Source: Euglena gracilis (Eukaryota). From it: a DNA stretch of 64,000 bases. This document shows, piece after piece, positions 52,035-63,700 of this stretch. The translations under genes and the position numbers were made by a program. Position 1 is the first letter of the stretch. The number at the start of each line of letters is the position of its first letter. The notes below the pieces were generated by a model, which was not told the origin of the DNA, did not search any database, and worked only from the letters and a program-made list of their open reading frames with translations. Location of the stretch: NCBI GenBank assembly GCA_039621445.1, contig CP154954.1, positions 30,260,395-30,324,394 on the forward strand, written 5' to 3'.

Positions 52035-54270
52035 CGTGGCACGTGATATCTAGGTCTGCCACCACTGCTGTGACGTGTGGTATCAAGAGGCGGAAGCGAA
52101 GGAAGCAGGTGTGAGCAATCGTTGGCTCTCGGGGTGTTGAGTCCAAGTGCGGACACCCCACCACCCAACTACGCGAATATGCTGAAATCTTGGCGCGATG
52201 CATTGCATTTTCCTAACTCTCTTCATCAGACCAGACCAGACGCGCGCCGCCAAAACATTATATATTCGGCAGCACTTCGTTCCCCTGCGTCATATGTTCA
52301 ACGTGAGCCGTTCGTTCCCCTTTCGCTATCTTGCTGACTACCAACAGCACAGGGGGGCAGGAAATTTTCCCTTGTGGCGGCCAACAAAGATGTCCAGCAG
52401 GATGCAACAATTGTGTATTTCAGCTGTGAGCCTCGTGGGAGCCAGCCAGCACCTTTTTCCAAGGCAGAATGCTGGTCGAAATCCCCAGAACACCTTCAAA
52501 AACACCATTTTCAGCGATCCGCATCAAAAAATTTTCGGTTAAGCCTGGCTTCACCAGGATGGCCCCAACTTTGGTGCTGTTTTTAAGATGTCAGGCTAAA
52601 GTGGGCCTAAATTTCGGCCTACTTCTAACCCAACTCCTTCAACAACCCTAAACTTTCCACTTAGAAAAACAGTACCCTCAGTCTGAATAAAACTTTCTTT
52701 GGCTTTTTTTTGCCCCTTCGAGGCAGGCATCATACCACTGTGCCAAAAAATACCTTTGAACTGTCATGAGCCCGATCTCCGAGGACTTCAACTTCGATGT
52801 CGCAGTCTTTTCGATGGCAGAGTCCTTTGTGTGGAAGTATTTCGAGAAAGATCATACTGGGCGTGTATTTTTTGAGGTTGCTTTTTGTGTGTGTGTTTTT
52901 TTTGAATTTATAACAATCTTTTTTTCAAAAAAAAAAGTCCACGAGGGTTTGGAGGGAAGGAAGAATTACTGACCGCCCATGTTGGTCAATCACCTCTTGG
53001 GCAACAGGCCAAAACAAAGAGAATCCTCTGGCCCAGGGAATGAGTGTGCCATCTTTTGTGTCTAGTGCCTTTGTTTGCAACCTGACCTTGAAAAATTTTA
53101 TGTTACACCTAACACCTGAGATTTTAACACTTCACACCTCTAATTTTGTACTTTCGGTCAATTTTTTTTGCACTTTATCTCAAGAATGTTTGCACATGCC
53201 AACAATTTGTCTGCACTTTATCTCAAAAATGTTTGCACTGAATCCCAAAAATATTTGCGTCCGTTCCGAAAATTTTTGCGCTCGGATCGGGTGTTTTGCA
53301 CAGTTGTCCTTTGAAACTCCAATCGAAATGGATCTTTTTCCATAAAATGACGGAGGGCAAATTTTTCCGAAACAAGTGCAAACATTTTTGGGATGCAGTG
53401 CAAAAATTTTTGAGGCCTTTGGGCAATTTTTTTAGGGCGCTGGGCAAAATTTTGACAGGTCGTGGGCAAACATTTCAGACGCTAGGTGTAGTGATATTTG
53501 TTTGAAGCCCCCCCCCCCCCCGAATGTTCTGTGTGTTCGTTCGAAGGTCCGCAATGGAATATTCGAGGCAGCCTCACCACTGGACCCCTCCTTTTTCCTT
53601 ACCCTCACCCCCCCCCCCATTTGGCTGATGGCCGGGCTCCCCTTTGGACCCACCTAACCAATTGGGGGGGGGGCATTTTGGCTCGTGCAAGCAACGACAT
53701 TGGGGGGCGCTTGGGAGCTTGGAAAATGGAAAAGGTGCTGGCTGGACCGGGGGGGGGGGGTAGGGGTGTGGTACTGGTGGCTGGCCCAAGTGATATGCAA
53801 AACCTGGCAGCCCATGTTTTGACGAGGCACATTTTTTGTTGGCCAAAAAAATACAGACAAATTTGAATGATGTCAAAGAAAACGTGTGCCCCCCCCCCCG
53901 CTTCCTGAACCACCCCCATGGTCAAATGTCATTTTTGCATGGTTGGCCCCCATGTATGGTTGGCCAACACCCCCTCCCAAATTGATGGACCTTCCCTACA
54001 ACATTGTAATTGAAAGTACCCCCAGGTTCCTTTTTAAGGCTCCAGGTCGCCCCACCCAAAGTCGGGACGCATTAGGGTATTTCAAAAAAAAATTCTTCAC
54101 AGCTTCGCCCCAAAATTGAAACCGCCTCATATTACCCTCACCCCCTGGGCGATTCCCTTATTCTGGTTCTCATCGTGTTTCACCGCAGTTACAGGTATCT
54201 GGGCTCCTCCAAGTGGTATTTAAAACAGTTATTTCTTTGTTTGGCGTAGAATGGCAGGACTCTCACAATA

Positions 54271-54284
54271 ATTTTGTTTTTCAG
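54271..54284 (+). promoter_or_regulatory. polypyrimidine tract and AG splice acceptor 8 nt before the UGDH ATG (SL trans-splice or 5'UTR cis acceptor)
   Basis: attttgtttttcag|ggcacaaaATG. Confidence 0.55.
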
Positions 54285-54292
54285 GGCACAAA

Positions 54293-54379
54293 ATGGCTGA
54301 CTTCAAAGTGAAGATTTTGTGCATTGGCGCTGGGTACGTTGGTGGTCCAACGATGGCAGTCATCGCTTTCAAATGTCCC
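54293..54379 (+). CDS. UGDH: UDP-glucose 6-dehydrogenase, coding exon 1
   Basis: Reads MADFKVKILCIGAGYVGGPTMAVIAFKCP, with the NAD-binding GAGYVG motif and GPT..VIA.KCP typical of eukaryotic UGDH. Confidence 0.95.
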
Positions 54380-57300
54380 TGACAGGGTTTCACATCCCAG
54401 CAAAGACAGGAGGAGACCGTGACTTGGGGGTTGGGTGAAGAAACCCCTGGTTTTGGTCTCGAGATGGGACCACTGCAAGTTCAGCCTCCCCGGATGGCCT
54501 GGCGAAGCTGGATTGAATATTTTTTGAAAAAAAGAGTGAGAATGGCATGGCAATTTGAGGGATTTCGGTTTTAAGCTTTCAGTTCCAAATTTTTGGCGGA
54601 AAAATTCCAACCCACTGGATTCGGGCCCCGGGCGGATATTGGCCATGCTTGCTCTGGAGGTTGGGCCGACCTAGGTCGGCACGGCCCAACCATGCTGTTA
54701 TCGACCTCTGGAGGTCGACAGAAATGGCCACTGCACCGCATTACCTCCCCCCCTTTTCAAAGAACTGGTCGGCCCGACCTGTTGCAGTTGCCGACCATAT
54801 GGTCGGCCTGACCAATTGGAGGTCGGGCCGACCATATGGTCGGTAGAAATGACCTCAATGGTTTTCCTTTTCAAAAGCATCCATCCAAACCCTTGGCCAA
54901 ACCCCGGAACATAAGAAGGCCATTTTCGCATATACCCTCACCCCCCCTAATTGCCCCCCCCCCCCCAATTGGCTAATTGAGGGTCCCGTTGGACGGTCCA
55001 TTAGCCAATTTGGGGGGGGGGTCGGGCTTATTGCCCATTGGCCGGGGTTATCCCCCCCTAATTGTCCCCCCCCTAATTGGCTACCACACCCCCCCTTATT
55101 TGCCCCCCCCCCCTTAATTGAGCATTTGGGTCCGGGGAGGAAATTTTTTTAGGCGCCGAAGGCGCCGAAAAAAATTTTTGCCCTCTCGCAAAGCCAAATT
55201 TTCGACCCCCCCCCTTATTTGAGCATTTGGGGGGTCCCTTAGCCCGTGGGTGTGCTCAAATAAGGGGGGGGTAATTGGGGGTCCGAAGGAGCCCGGCCAT
55301 TAGCCAAATAGGGGGGGTGAGGGTACCCATAAGCTAGGGGGCATTGCAAAACAATTCCTGGTGGCGTTAACCCGTGGCCAAAAAGAATTTCTGACGTTAT
55401 TTGAAGGGTTATATGAGTTGGGTTAGGGTTATGATTCTTATGCAAACAGCAGAACATTTCCTGCTCAACGTTGTTAGATTGGTCTCTACAAGGTTCCCAG
55501 CAATCCCAAAGAGCCGCCCAACTTGGGTTAAAAACATGGGGGGACCTGAGCGAGGCGCCAGCAAGGGTCCCCCCATGTGCATTAACCCCAGTTGGGCGGC
55601 TCTTTGGGGTAGCTGGTACCGTGTAGGAGCCAATTTATCCCGTTTCTGAACAGCCGGCTGCAGCCCTCAAAAAATTTTCAGGCTTCAAAAAGAGGCACTT
55701 GCCAATGGAGCCCTGGATTCGGGCTTTCTTGCCTGTTTTCGAGGTGCCAGCCCGGTTCAGCTGCCAGTAGACCCCTTTTCCAGCCAGCACCTTTTTTCCC
55801 CTAGCGGTAACCCCCCCAGGGTCTTTAAGGAAACCCCTGGACTGAACCATTATTTCCAGAGTGGAAGTGTTGATTTTTGAGTCATTTTGGTCCCGGTGGC
55901 CAGAGACCGACCCTGGAGGGGTTGGGGAGTTGGGTGATTGGTTTTCCAGATCCCCCCCCCCCGGGGGGTGTTGCTGAGCAACGGTATAATTCTGATTAAG
56001 GATGTCAAGAATAAAACAACCTGTTTTTGAAACCGTGTTTGGGCCGATTTCGAGACTTTAAAAGTCTTAAATCTTCGCCCAAAACACGGTTTCAAACAAG
56101 AACAGTGTTTTGGGCCAAGGTTTTAGGAGGGCCCAGGGGCGACCACGGCGCCTTCGGCGCCGCGGTCCCCGCCCCTGGGCTCCCCCTAACTCTTGGCCCA
56201 AACACAGTTCTTGCCACAGTACCCGCCCCCCCCCCCCTTGTCCCCTTGTCCACCGACCACCCCTACATACCGACCACCCCCCGGTCGGGGGTTGCAGGTT
56301 GGGGGGGGGTGTACGACCACCCCCCGGTCGGGGGTTGCAGGTGACCACCAAAATGTTTTTACCTCTCATGTGCTTGTCGACCAGCTTTTTTCCCGTGTTT
56401 CCTGTCCATTGAGTGTTCCTCGTGTTCCCTCCGGGGAGTCCTGTTTTGTTTGAGCATAGCACCTCTGTTGTTGCTATGGTTATTGGTCCCTTACCTCATG
56501 GGGAGAAATATTACCGTTATGAAATTGCACCTTTTTTTGGCTTTTGGTTTTGTTTTGGCCCTAGTGGTACGACCACCCCCGGTCGGGGGTTGCAGGTTGG
56601 GGGGGGGTGTACGACCACCCCCCGGTCGGGGGTCGTAGGAACCCGGCCGTTGGACAAGGGGGGGGGGGGCGGGTACAACAAGGCAATGGTTTTGCCAAAT
56701 AAAAGTTTCATGCATGCTTTTTTGTTGGTTTTGGGGGGTTAAACATGTTTCTCAGTCTGAAGTGTTTGTTTTGAACAACATCTTTGGCCCTGACCCCCAA
56801 GGGTGCATGGAGAGAGCCAGGGTGGTCTATACGGGACGGGATTTTTCTTTTTTTTTCCTGTTCAGGACGGCCCTGAAGCCCTCAGGCCTAAGAGTCTGTC
56901 TGCCAAGGGCAGAACTGGGGGGCGTGAACCGGGTCGGGAGGAGCCCAGGTAACCGCGGTGTAACCGCAGTGAGAGCAAGAGCAAAGGTATCAGTATCAGT
57001 CCAATGCTTCATGACAAGGGGGTTGGAGGGGGGGGAAGCCCCCCCCCCCAAATGAGACCTGGGATTTTTTGGGTCCGTTACTTGAAAACTGCAGGGGTTC
57101 TTATTTTTGGGGGATCTTATTTTTGGATTTTTTTTGACCAACCTGGACCCAAAGACATCATTTTCCAGGTTCCCAAAAAAACCAAAAGTTTTCCTTCGGC
57201 GCTTCGCGATACGCGTAAATTGGTTCAATTCATCTTTTAGCCTGTTTTTGGAACTCAAATATCCCAAATTGTTGACAGGTGGAATCCAAACCAAGATCAT

Positions 57301-57649
57301 CGTGTGAATTGAAAGAGAATTTTGACCTCCATTACCTTGCGGTTACACCGCGGTGTGACCGCGGTGCAACCGCGGTGATAACCGCGGTGTGGGCTCCTCC
57401 TCAAAAACAAAAAGGTCGAAACATGCATTTTCGACCTTTTGGGTGGATGGGCGATAGTCCAAGGATGCCGGAAATCACATTTTCTGCCGAATTCGAGCCG
57501 CTTTTGCCAAAATTTGGCTCTTTTTTGCCCATTCTTCCTCTGGGGTTTCATTGAATGTGCTGGGACAGCAGATTTATTTTATTCTTTTTATCTTCCCCCT
57601 GGGGAGAGCACAGGAGGTAACAGTTCGTCTCATCGGAAGCCCTGTGACA
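54380..57649 (+). other. non-conventional intron (UGDH intron 1)
   Basis: tgaCAGGGTTTC...GAAGCCCTGtgaca|G, with CAG at +4..+6 and CTG at -8..-6 and a terminal helix of about 10 bp. Joins CCC|GAT (KCP-DVKV). Confidence 0.9.
54935..55323. mobile_element. MITE CCCTCACCCCCCCTA...TAGGGGGGGTGAGGG with TA TSD
   Basis: TIRs flanked by TA; partial copies near 53600 and 54133. Confidence 0.7.
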
Positions 57650-57837
57650 GATGTCAAGGTTACCATCCATGATATCAATCAGGCGCGGATTGATGCCTGG
57701 AACTCAGACCAACTTCCAATCTATGAACCGGGACTGGAGGAGATTGTAAAGCAGCAGCGTGGCAAGAACCTTTTCTTCACCACCAGCTTCGATGAGGAAC
57801 TCCAAGAAGCGGACATTGTGTTTATGTCTGTGAACAC
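57650..57837 (+). CDS. UGDH: UDP-glucose 6-dehydrogenase, exon 2
   Basis: Reads DVKVTIHDINQARIDAWNSDQLPIYEPGLEEIVKQQRGKNLFFTTSFDEELQEADIVFMSVN(T). Confidence 0.95.
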
Positions 57838-59042
57838 ATTCAGGGAGTGGCATTAAAGGGAGAAGAATGCTGGAATGATTGTGAAAGAAGTGTGACTAAC
57901 CCCCCCCCCCGATGGTGGAGGGTGGTGTGGGCTTTTTGGGAATCCCCCCACAAGTCACACGGAGAGTCGGCAGGGGGGTTTGGGGTGGTGTACATGCCAC
58001 TGGGACGGTGTTGCCAACAGGTAAATGCCGCTGTGTAAACCCTGTCAGGTGCATGTGCATGATGGTGTGTGTGTGTGGCAAACCCCGAACTGCCCCAAGA
58101 GAACGCTGGAACAAAGAACAACTGAACAGTGTTTCTTCCAGTCTGGCCGAATACAGACAAGCTGTGGGCAACCACATTTTGGTGAAAAGACTCCGATGGG
58201 TGGTGGTGGTATTGCAATTTTCTCTCTCGGTAGGGTCAAGGGTAAGCTTCTATAAAGGCCCCAAAAATTAAAAAGAAATTGCAAAAAAAAATTGTAAAGA
58301 AAATGGTGGCCTGGATGAGATGATGATTCAAAAAAGAACCTGGATTCTGGGATGGAAAGCTGCAAAATATTATGGTGTGGGACAGTGGGATCTGCCTACA
58401 AGCCTCAGGTAACCAAAAGTCAGGATTACATTTTCTGGGACCCAAGAAATCACATACCCCCTTCCCCCCTTGTCCAAGACACAGCGTGTCGTTGACACCC
58501 CCCTGTCAATGACTCTTTTCTGGAGCACATTTTTTCTCTTGTATTTTTTTTTAAGGATATTCAGCCAAGTCATTTGAAAATTGTGTCACATCTGCTTGCC
58601 ATTTCTTTATTTGTTTTTCCCTATGAATTTGGTGATTTGGTGCAATATGAGGGGTCAAATGGTGCAATTTGTGGAGGACATGGTCATTGGGCCATCAAAA
58701 AGTTCGTTGTCATTGTCCGTGCTGTTGACAGAGCTTGTCGTTGACATCCCCCCATGTCAACAGCAACAGCAACAGCTTTCCTGGTGCGTGCCTTGGCCAA
58801 GGGGAGGGGAGGTGGGTACCTTGTGAAAATGGCTGAAGGCCATGCCGCAGGCAACAGCCCTTCATTGAAGAGAGCACCATCAGAGACCATGGCAGATTAA
58901 CGGTCCCCCACTAGGGGGCGCCAATTTTTGCAATGGGTCGAAAATTAAGCAGTCAAAAAACGCATTTTCTCAGACCACAATTTTAGAGAAAGTTGGTCGA
59001 TTTTGGGGAGCAATTTCAGGCATACTTGGACCATTGCCCATC

Positions 59043-59963
59043 CAAGGCTGGTAATTTTTTGATTGATCTTGCATTTGGGGGGGGTGCGATATTTTGCGAG
59101 ATATTGCACCGTCTTGCGATATTGGCGATATTTCCGATATTTGCGATGTTATTGCTGATATTGCAATATATTGCGGTTATTTTTTAAGCTCCCCCCCCCC
59201 CGGAAAAATGTTAGTCACAACCTTGGCCAGCGGAATTCAGCCTTTCGCCATTCACCCTAATACAGAACCCTCCAAAACAGTAAGTGCCCTCGGTTACTGG
59301 AATTTCCAGTGCCTCATTGATGACACCCCAAGATTCCTCTACAATGGGATCCACCACAATGTCATCTTCATTGTCAGAGTCAACTAAAATCTGACCTTCA
59401 AACAGCTGCCCTGATTTTTGGAACGCTGACGTTGTCACAGGCACGGTTGACAGTGAAAAAAGAACGGAGCAAAATTTGTCAAATGCCCTGCGGGGAGGTC
59501 TGAGGGCAACCGCGCGGGCGGTGTTCGGCCCAAAGGGTGTGTTGGGGTTGCGGGGGGGGGGGTCGGGGGAGGAACGGGGTTTGCGTCATGCGTGACTTGT
59601 GTGACGTCATTCTTTCCTCTAATTTTAGAACCCAATCAGGAATTTGCGTGCCATTTGGGTCCAAAAATAGGTCCAATTAGGAATTTGGGACAAATTATTC
59701 ATACTTTTGATTCCTAACTGAGTGGCAAATTCCTAGTTAATCCGAATTTTTTGTACTTTTCTTTGAATCCAGAATCGGGTTCAGAGAGGGGTCGGGGGGG
59801 GGGGCGGGGGGGGGGCGCGGAGGAAACGCCCAAAATGGGGATTTTCAGGAGAAGGGCAAAAAAAGAGGGGGTGCGATATTTTTGCGAGATATTGCACCCC
59901 TTGGCGATATTTTCGATATTTGCGATATTTGCGATACTGTGCGATATCCAATTACCAGCCTTG
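59043..59963. mobile_element. TIR element CAAGGCTGGTAATT...AATTACCAGCCTTG, apparent 7-bp TSD
   Basis: 14-bp perfect TIR; flanks GCCCATC / CCCCATC; subterminal GCGATAT repeats at both ends. Confidence 0.8.
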
Positions 59964-60044
59964 CCCCATCCACCCATCCAGGTGCGCCGACCCCGCCCCC
60001 GACATTTTGAGGAGAGGGTGAGGAGGAGATACATGGGTGCAACC

Positions 60045-60577
60045 CAGGGTTCAATATAAGGAGGGCGTATATGGTTTAGGTGGGGGTTGTGTCCCCCTCC
60101 ACCCCCCCCCCTCCTGGCCCGCGGGGGGGGGGGGTCCGGACCACCCCCCCCCCACCTGCAAGGGGGGTCCAGACCGACCCTCGGGGGGTACCCGGGACCA
60201 GGGTTCGATATAAGGAGGGCGTACATGGTTTTGGTGGGGGGGTGCCCCCCCCCCCCCCCCCCCTCCTGGCCCGCAGGGGGGGGTCCGGACCCCCCCCCCC
60301 CCACCTGTCCTTATATCGAACCCTGCCCGGGACCCCCCCCCCAAAAAGGGTCAATTTTTTCCTCCGGCGCTTTGCATTTTTTTGCATTTTTGGCCAATTT
60401 TTGCCCAAAAAGTGCCCAAAATGGCACTTTTGGTCGTTTTGGGGGGTCAAAAATTTTTCGGTCACCCTGACCGCGCCACTGTTTAGGTGGGGGGGTGTCC
60501 CCTCCCCCACCCCCCCCCCTCCTGGCCTGCAGGGGGGGTCCGGACCACCCCCCCTCCTTTCCTTATATCGAACCCTG
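60045..60577. mobile_element. hAT-like MITE, family A, 8-bp TSD
   Basis: TSD GTGCAACC at 60037-60044 and 60578-60585; CAG...CTG termini. Confidence 0.9.
60199..60325. mobile_element. 127-bp family A MITE nested in another family A copy
   Basis: TIR cagggttcgatataagga / tccttatatcgaaccctg; TSD CCCGGGAC at 60191-60198 and 60326-60333. Confidence 0.9.
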
Positions 60578-60948
60578 GTGCAACCTCATGGAAACCTCTG
60601 GACTGATTATGCATATTATGCACTGAACAAACACTATGCACTGTTTTCTTCAAATTTAAGGTTTAATTTCTTTAAATTAAGGTTCACCTTTTTCATTTTA
60701 AACTGTAGCTTTGGTACAAATATTGAAATTTCATTTCACGCCGCTCATGGAGGTGGTCACCCCTGCATGTTCCTCCAACAACTGTGGGCAAACCAAATCC
60801 CAAAAAAGAAAATGAAAAAATGGCATATGAACCAGAGAACAGAAAAAGCACAAAAACCGAAAAAAAATCAAAAATCAAAATCAATATTCATGCATACAAT
60901 CTTGGGCATTGGTGAAATTTGTGCAGCAGAAAGTTGGTGGATTCCTGC

Positions 60949-61210
60949 CAGGCTTCTGTTTGTTTTGGAAAGTTGCACCCCCCGGGGGGTTGTGGGCCGG
61001 CAGGAGGGTAGGGCACCTTCAACCCCCCCCCCCCGTGAGCCGGTTTCGGGGTGGGTAGTGCTAAAATGGCCGTTTTCAAGGGGAATTTGCCTGTGTCAGC
61101 AGGCACCACGTGCCGAAACCGACCCCCCCCCTGGGGTGGGGGGGGTGCTGCCGTGGACAGCAGGCACCATAGCACAAGGCACCCCCCCGGGGTTGGTAAA
61201 AAGAAGCCTG
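60949..61210. mobile_element. hAT-like MITE (TIR CAGGCTTCT), 8-bp TSD
   Basis: TSD ATTCCTGC / ATCCCTGC (7/8) at 60941-60948 and 61211-61218. Confidence 0.8.
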
Positions 61211-61222
61211 ATCCCTGCTCAC

Positions 61223-61303
61223 ACCCACCAAGTTGCATGGGATTGGCAAAGGGCGAGCGGCAGATCTTAAGTACATTGAAGGTGCTGCCCGTCGTATTGC
61301 AAC
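61223..61303 (+). CDS. UGDH: UDP-glucose 6-dehydrogenase, exon 3
   Basis: Reads (T)[26 protein letters not shown], completing the SVNTPTK and GxAADL motifs. 3' boundary uncertain by a few nt. Confidence 0.9.
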
Positions 61304-63283
61304 GATCAAGGATGGTTCAGCCACACAGTGTGGCGACCTGGAATTGATCCTGGTCTGAAGTGGATCCATTTTTTAAACAAGCAAGTGACCAAATTTGCAC
61401 ACCCTCTTTGCATGAAACCCTGGGGGTCTACATTGTCCAAATATTTACTGGCCCCCAACGATTGTGTTGACCTTCCAGCTTTTCAAAAAACATGTTTTTT
61501 GAACCTTGAAAAAGAAAAGTGTAAAATGTCGTGTTTTTGAAAAAATTCTTTTTTCTTTTTTAAAAAAAACCGAAGTGTGGCACGCAGCTTCGCTTGTCCA
61601 ACCCCCCCCCCGGGATTTAAAAATTCTCCTTTTTTACCTCTGACCCCCCCCCCGGGAAACTGTTACCCACCTCCGTATTTGCTGACAGTTTCCCGGGGAG
61701 GGGTAGATGCCCAAGAGGTTATTATTTTTTATATTTTTTTCCTCCAGTGCTTTGCAGAGTGTATTTTAGAATTTTAGACATATTTTGCACAGCATTGCCC
61801 CAAGCCGCACGTTTGACCAATTGGGGCAGGGGATTCTTTCCCCTGGTGGTACGCTATATGCCTGACAAAATCGGTAACTCTTTTCAAGAGGGGAGGTAAG
61901 CTTGGAAGGACACCAGGGGTTTTTTTTAGTTGTGGACCCCCGGTGGGTCCGGCCGGGCCCCCCCCCCCCCCCAGGGGGTCCCCCCAGAGGGGGGGGGGAT
62001 ATACTTTTTGGCGCCAAAAATATTTGAAAAGGTGCTATTTTTAGCACTTTTCGCGATTTTTCGACCATTTTTTTTGTGGGTCCCCCAGGACCCCCCCAGG
62101 GGATGGGTGGGTGGGGGGACCCCCGTCCCCCCCCCCCCCCGGTCTTAAATAAATCAAGAGCGGGAGAGGGTTGGGTGGGTGGGGGCCATACCATTGCCAA
62201 GCACGTCGACCCCCCCCCCATTCCCTGCATGGTGGGTGGGGGGGTCGACCACCCCCCCCCACCCTCTGCATGGTGGGTGGGGGGGGGGTCGACCACCCCC
62301 CCCCCACCACCTCTTCCCGTGTTTCCGGGAGCACCAATTTTTGGACCCGAAAAAAATTTTCCGGCGCCGGGTGTTTTTTTGACCCGTTTTGGGACCCATA
62401 TAGGGGGTCCCCCCCAAAAAACACCCAAAAACCGCATTTTTTCACACCTTCCAAAAATTCAACATTTTCTCAAAATGTTGATTTTGAGAGGTTTTTGAAG
62501 CAAAAAAATGCCATTGAAAGTCCAAAAAATTTCAACGAGAAAAAATGGCAGTAAAATTTGACTGTGCCAAAATTTTGTCCACTTTTTTTGACCTTCGTTT
62601 TTTTCACCCCCCTCCTAAAAACTACCAATTTTTAACCCTGAAATTTTTGATATTTTTTTGTGAAAAAAATGTGGGTTTCCATCAAAAAATCATGTGTTTT
62701 GGGTTCATTTTTCAAAAAAAAATTCAAAAATCTTCCCGGCCAATATCCCCTTTTTCCTGAAATCGGTGAAAATGCTGTGGTGGGTGGGGGGGGTCGACCC
62801 CCCCCACCTCCCGGGTGGGGGGGTCGACCACCCCCCCCCCCCCACCAGGCCTTCCCGTTCTGCCCTGGGGGGGTTGTCAGGATTGGCCGACGTGGCCACC
62901 TGGCGCCAAAGGCGCCGGATTTTTTTTTTTTGACCAAAAATGTTTTGATTTTTGGCCAATTTTGGCCGAGTAGCCAAAGTGACCAACCCCCTCCCCCAGG
63001 AAGGAGGTGGGAAGTGGGTGACTGGTTTTTGAAAAGTGACTGATTGGTTTTTTGAAAGTGGAAAGTAAGTAAGGGGGTCGGTAAACAATGGTATGGTCCG
63101 GTCCCTTATGTGGGGGGGGGTGTCCCTGCGGAAGCTTGGGCATGGGTTCCGGAGAGAAGCACCAGAAAAAATTGGGCAAGGCGGTCCCCTGCTGGGCTGG
63201 GTGGGGGGTCTTTAAAAGAAGCCGGGGGAGCACAATTGGTCGGCAATCCATGGCCCCTCTGAAGATTAAATCCTCCTTGCAAG
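61304..63283 (+). other. non-conventional intron, CAAGG...CCTTG variant (UGDH intron 3)
   Basis: gatCAAGGA...TCCTTGcaag|G; 1980 nt, restores frame. Exact junction can slide because TTGCAA is repeated at both ends. Confidence 0.65.
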
Positions 63284-63380
63284 GACTGTGAAGTCTGGCA
63301 ACAAGGTGGTTGTGGAGAAGTCCACAGTGCCTGTTCGCTGCAGCGTTGCCATTGAGCGAGTCTTGAAGGCATGCAGTGCT
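63284..63380 (+). CDS. UGDH: UDP-glucose 6-dehydrogenase, exon 4; gene continues past the window
   Basis: Reads TVKSGNKVVVEKSTVPVRCSVAIERVLKACSA with the conserved EKSTVPV motif; followed by an N3-CAG donor (gatCAGGG). Confidence 0.9.
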
Positions 63381-63609
63381 GATCAGGGTTTGACGTAAGG
63401 AGGTCGACCGCGCACCGTTTCGAACAATTGCCTTTTGTAACGATCCCCCCACTTTGCACCTATTGCATGCAAGAAGCTCTGGGAGTGTGGAAGCTGAGTC
63501 ACATGAAAATGAAATGCGAGTGGATGGACCGCTTCTAAGCAGAGGAGGGCACCATAAGGAACCTCCATGACTTTTCTTTTGATGATTGCCTCAAAAAACC
63601 CCTATCTGC

Positions 63610-63700
63610 GACCCACATAGGTCACACATTGGACCCACATAGGACACACTCTGGACCCACATAGGACACACACCCATAGACCCACATAGGACACACTCTG
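63610..63700. repeat. about 22-bp tandem repeat GACCCACATAGGACACAC..
   Basis: Four to five imperfect copies. Confidence 0.8.

Larger units (their letters stand above)
57838..61222 (+). other. non-conventional intron (UGDH intron 2)
   Basis: attCAGGGA...TCCCTGctcac|A; joins AC|A CCC (VNT-PTK). Confidence 0.9.

Noticed and set aside
54375-57650. GT-AG solution for UGDH intron 1 (T|GT...AG|AT)
   Set aside because: In frame, but it replaces the conserved CPD with Y; the non-conventional join keeps KCP-D and fits the CAG/CTG register exactly.
54375-57652. Intact 8-bp TSD around the old non-conventional introns
   Set aside because: Not retained (GTCCCTGA vs TGACAGAT for intron 1; 4/8 for intron 2), so these introns support the introner model only by geometry and termini.
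59211-59450. hAT dimerisation-domain relic (PVTTSA..) inside the CAAGG element
   Set aside because: Similarity is limited to a few residues and the ERxFS motif is absent; no autonomous transposase is visible in the window.
60080-61270. Longest ORF in the track (396 aa)
   Set aside because: It runs through nested MITEs inside UGDH intron 2 and is not in the frame of UGDH exon 3.
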